From the NCBI GenBank assembly GCA_041661745.1, contig JBAZTR010000001.1, forward strand, positions 79,740 to 143,739: a stretch of DNA of 64,000 nucleotides, read 5' to 3'. Within the stretch, counting starts at the first letter, position 1. Each line of letters starts with the position of its first letter. Below are positions 60,851 through 64,000 of this stretch, piece by piece. Position numbers and translations under genes: made by a program. The notes beneath the pieces were generated by a model. It was not told where the DNA came from. It searched no databases and worked only from the letters and a program-made list of their open reading frames with translations. This DNA comes from Patescibacteria group bacterium (GTDB lineage: Bacteria > Patescibacteriota > Patescibacteriia > UBA9934 > GWF2-40-263).

Positions 60851-61060
60851 TTAAAATCCGGCCAACGAAGCAAAATTGGTAAAGTAAGACAGAAGCAGAA
60901 TTGCTAATCCAATAACCCATGAAATTACTAAAATAGAAACAAAGGCCTTGATATTATCGTCATCGTTCATGACCGAAAGGATCATCCAAATGGAAAATCC
61001 GATAAAACCAATGAACGGCGCGAGAAAAAGAAACCAACCGATTATTTTGAGCCAAGACAT
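60851..61060 (-). CDS. small membrane protein (2 TM)
   Basis: 69-aa ORF. Flanked by a C-rich arm (60757-60783) and a G-rich arm (61066-61114). Confidence 0.4.
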   Translation of the reverse strand: MSWLKIIGWFLFLAPFIGFIGFSIWMILSVMNDDDNIKAFVSILVISWVIGLAILLLSYFTNFASLAGF

Positions 61061-61117
61061 ATTTTGGGGGTTAAAGGGGTTTAAGGGGACGAAGAGGACG
61101 AAGGGGTTAAAGGGATT

Positions 61118-62359
61118 TTAATTATTTACCAAATAATCTAACGGATTGGTTGGAATGCCATCTTTGCGGACTTCAAAGTGTAAGTGTGGACCAGTAGAAA
61201 GACCGGCTCCGGGCATACCTGGGCGACCGCCGGAAAGACCAATCGCTTCACCCCGCGAAACAAACTGGTCGGCTTCAACCAAAATTTTTGATAAGTGCGC
61301 GTACAAAGTAGCTATACCATTTGCGTGAATAACCAAAACATAATTACCATACGAAACCCCTTGTCTGACCCAAGCAACATAGCCAGGGGCAGCAGAACCG
61401 ACCGGTGTCCCGACAGGTATTGGCAAATCAATGCCAGGGTGCTCAAAAAGGTGACGGAATGGGTAAGTTGGATCATGAAAGGTAGCCGAAAGCCCCTTTG
61501 CCGGCACAAATGGCCATGACAAAACTGAACTGTCGCCAAGCGAATCGCCGGTTTTTAATTTTTCCTCAATGTCGTATTGCAAAGCGCTGATTTGGCGGTT
61601 GATGTATTGTTCTTCGGCCAATAAATCGTTTAAAATTTCTTGGAACTCGGCTTCCGAAGCCGCAGCCTGGGCAATAAGCGTGGTCTTGGCGTTCATTTGG
61701 TTTTCCAACAATAAAGATTTTTGTTCCAATTCTTTTTGAAGGTCTTCCAACGAAACTAGTCGCGCTTCCTGTTCTGATTTAAAAGATTGAAGAGAATTTT
61801 TTGTTGTCACAACCTCATCTAACGTTTGGTTAAGGTTTTCGTGAACAGTTTCCAAATTTTCCACACGACCAGAAAGATCGGAAAAAGAATCACTGCCAAG
61901 CAACCATTCCACAACCGAGGTGTCGTCAGTTGAACGGATTTCCCTTAAAACCGAGGCAATCATTTCCCTTTCCCGGGCCAGGGCACTTTCCGCTTCGACA
62001 ATTTCGGTATCGGTTATGCGCATTTCGGCATCAAGATTGTTTATTTCTTCTGTCGAGGCTTCCATTTCCAGTTGCGTTTGGGCCACCCGGTTATCTAGAA
62101 GTTCGATTTCGTTACTTAATGTAATTTGTTTGGATTCGGCTTGGCTGATTTTAGTTTTATAAGCGTCGATTTGCGAATTGATTTGGTCAATTTTTAATTG
62201 ACGCACGGAAATTTCGTCATTGATATCCTGAATTTCCACCACAGCATCCTCAGCAGAAACAAAAGCACCGCCCTGATTAAAAATCAAAGTGCTAATGACA
62301 AGAGCAAAAAATATTTTCCTCCAATTGCGCATATTAGGCGCTAAGAAGTTGAACGGCAT
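61118..62359 (-). CDS. M23-family peptidase with N-terminal coiled coil (EnvC/LytM-like)
   Basis: HPGIDLPIPVGTPV...YGNYVLVIHANGIATLYAHLS LytM motifs and a long coiled coil. Confidence 0.8.
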   Translation of the reverse strand: MPFNFLAPNMRNWRKIFFALVISTLIFNQGGAFVSAEDAVVEIQDINDEISVRQLKIDQINSQIDAYKTKISQAESKQITLSNEIELLDNRVAQTQLEMEASTEEINNLDAEMRITDTEIVEAESALAREREMIASVLREIRSTDDTSVVEWLLGSDSFSDLSGRVENLETVHENLNQTLDEVVTTKNSLQSFKSEQEARLVSLEDLQKELEQKSLLLENQMNAKTTLIAQAAASEAEFQEILNDLLAEEQYINRQISALQYDIEEKLKTGDSLGDSSVLSWPFVPAKGLSATFHDPTYPFRHLFEHPGIDLPIPVGTPVGSAAPGYVAWVRQGVSYGNYVLVIHANGIATLYAHLSKILVEADQFVSRGEAIGLSGGRPGMPGAGLSTGPHLHFEVRKDGIPTNPLDYLVNN

Positions 62360-63827
62360 GATTTAAACGATTGAGTGATTCCTCTTTACCCAAAACCCAA
62401 ATTAACTCAAATGGGCTGGGTGAAGCCGCGGCCCCTGACAAAGCCGCGCGCAACGGCCAAAGAACGGCGCCGTTTTGTAAGTTGTTACTTACAATATACT
62501 CCCGAATGGCCGCTTCAATCAACTCGACCGAGGACAAATTTAATGTTTCAAACAACGGAATAATTTTTTTAAGCTGCTCTAATGCTTCTTCTCCGGCGAA
62601 GCCGGACCCGGCTCCGCCGGGCCTGCTGGATTTTTTCCAAATCAAAAGTTCAGCCGCATAATCAGGTAATTTTTGATACGAATCAACTTTTTCCACGATA
62701 TCCGAAAGTAAAACCAAACGTTCACGTTCAACTGTACAGATTTTTTTGATCAGCTCGGGGGAAAAGGTCTTCCCTGCCTCGGCCAAATACGGCAAACAAA
62801 GGGTTGTCAACTCATCGACCGACGTCTTGTGGATATATTGGCTGTTCATCCAGTTAAGCTTCTCAACATCAAAGACAGCTCCGGCCTTATTCACTTTCTC
62901 AATGTCAAAAAGTTCAATAAATTCGGCCATGGAATAAATTTCCTGGTCAGCTTTGGGGTTAAAGCCACAAAGAGCCATGTAGTTATTTAGAGCCGCAGGT
63001 AGATATCCTTTTTTCAAAAAGTCTTCAACAGAAACATCACCCTGTCTTTTGGAAAGTTTCTTTTTGTCTTTATTCAAAACCTGGGGTAAGTGAGCAAAGA
63101 ATGGGATTTCCCAACCCAGCGCTTTATATATCACCAAATGTTTTGGTGTTGATGGCAGCCATTCTTCAGCTCGAAAAGCATGAGTGATTTTCATGAAATG
63201 GTCATCAACCACCACGGCCAAGTGATAAGTCGGAAAACCATCTGATTTTAAGATAATCGGGTCATCAACTTCGGCGTTATCAAATTTTATATGACCACGA
63301 ATCAAATCATCGAATTCCGAAGTCCCCTCGGGAATTCTTAAACGAATAACATATTTTTCACCGGCTGCTAATTTTGCTTGAATTTCTTCCGGAGTTAAAC
63401 GAAGACAGGTCCGATCGTATTTCGGCGGAAGTTTGGCCAGAGCCAATTCTTTATGCATGGTTTCCAATCTTTCTTCACTGCAAAAACAATAATAAGCCGA
63501 GCCCCGTTCCACCAATAATTTGGCGTGTTCTTGATATAACGCCAGGCGGCTTGATTGGGTGTAAGGACCAAACTCGCCTTTTTCACCAAGTGTCCCGTCG
63601 TCTTTAATTATCGGACCCTCGTCATAATCAACGCCGACTTGGCCTAAAACTTTGATTAAATTTTCAACAGCTCCCGGCACATAACGACTTTGGTCAGTAT
63701 CCTCAACTCTTAGAAGAAACTGGCCATGATGTTTTCTGGCAAAAAAATAACTGTACAAAGCCGAACGCAGTCCACCTATGTGAAGGTAACCGGTTGGCGA
63801 AGGGGCGAAGCGGGTGCGAATGACCAT
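62334..63827 (-). CDS. gltX: glutamyl-tRNA synthetase
   Basis: HIGG motif (PSPTGYLHIGGLRSAL) and KMSKS (KLSKRQG). Carries an in-frame palindromic insert. Confidence 0.9.
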   Translation of the reverse strand: MVIRTRFAPSPTGYLHIGGLRSALYSYFFARKHHGQFLLRVEDTDQSRYVPGAVENLIKVLGQVGVDYDEGPIIKDDGTLGEKGEFGPYTQSSRLALYQEHAKLLVERGSAYYCFCSEERLETMHKELALAKLPPKYDRTCLRLTPEEIQAKLAAGEKYVIRLRIPEGTSEFDDLIRGHIKFDNAEVDDPIILKSDGFPTYHLAVVVDDHFMKITHAFRAEEWLPSTPKHLVIYKALGWEIPFFAHLPQVLNKDKKKLSKRQGDVSVEDFLKKGYLPAALNNYMALCGFNPKADQEIYSMAEFIELFDIEKVNKAGAVFDVEKLNWMNSQYIHKTSVDELTTLCLPYLAEAGKTFSPELIKKICTVERERLVLLSDIVEKVDSYQKLPDYAAELLIWKKSSRPGGAGSGFAGEEALEQLKKIIPLFETLNLSSVELIEAAIREYIVSNNLQNGAVLWPLRAALSGAAASPSPFELIWVLGKEESLNRLNHAVQLLSA

Positions 63828-63829
63828 AT

Positions 63830-64000
63830 TAATTTCTGAAAAAATTTTCGATTATTTTTTTAGCTTCTTCTAGGTTTTGATATCTTCCGATAAGCATTTT
63901 ATCGTTTCCGTCAATCATGGGAGAAAGTTTCTTTTCACCAGTATCACGAAACAAACAAAGAGTTTTTTTGCCAAGTTCTTCGGCTTTCGCAACTTCGTAG
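63830..64000 (-). CDS. hypothetical protein, 3' end only (gene continues beyond the window)
   Basis: Frame is open to the window edge. Stop sits at 63830, 2 bp from the gltX start. Confidence 0.4.

Overview
This looks like a small Patescibacteria/CPR-type bacterial chromosome segment at about 43-45% GC, judged from GC content and gene content read directly from the sequence. Most of it is housekeeping: a 5'-partial dnaX, an rsmB-like methyltransferase, a complete F0F1 ATP synthase operon (atpZ-B-E-F-H-A-G-D-C), mreBCD-mrdA, greA, lysS, gltX, pgi, a GH3 glycosidase, a sortase flanked by two giant LPXTG surface proteins, a copper P-type ATPase cluster, and a Zur-controlled znuACB-like metal ABC transporter. 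One tRNA-Gln(CUG) is present. I found no rRNA and no CRISPR array. The points most worth a second look: (1) a ~2.8 kb island of about 65% GC (40195-42985) encoding a PNP/PunA-family nucleoside phosphorylase, an HD-domain phosphohydrolase and a small membrane protein, plus a second small high-GC islet at 60365-60760; (2) several families of short G/C-rich palindromic or MITE-like repeats, some inserted in-frame into essential genes (dnaX, rsmB, atpD, gltX) and some in ATP-synthase intergenic spacers, where one supplies the atpC Shine-Dalgarno sequence; (3) a second palindromic repeat family built from TGTTCA words, with two copies inside the atp operon; (4) a frameshift in atpD; (5) a 30-nt nucleotide-identical 5' module shared by two unrelated genes; (6) a four-helix-bundle (IVS-type) gene cassette with inverted-repeat flanks inserted after atpC. 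All product calls come from motifs read directly off the translated ORFs. No database search was run.
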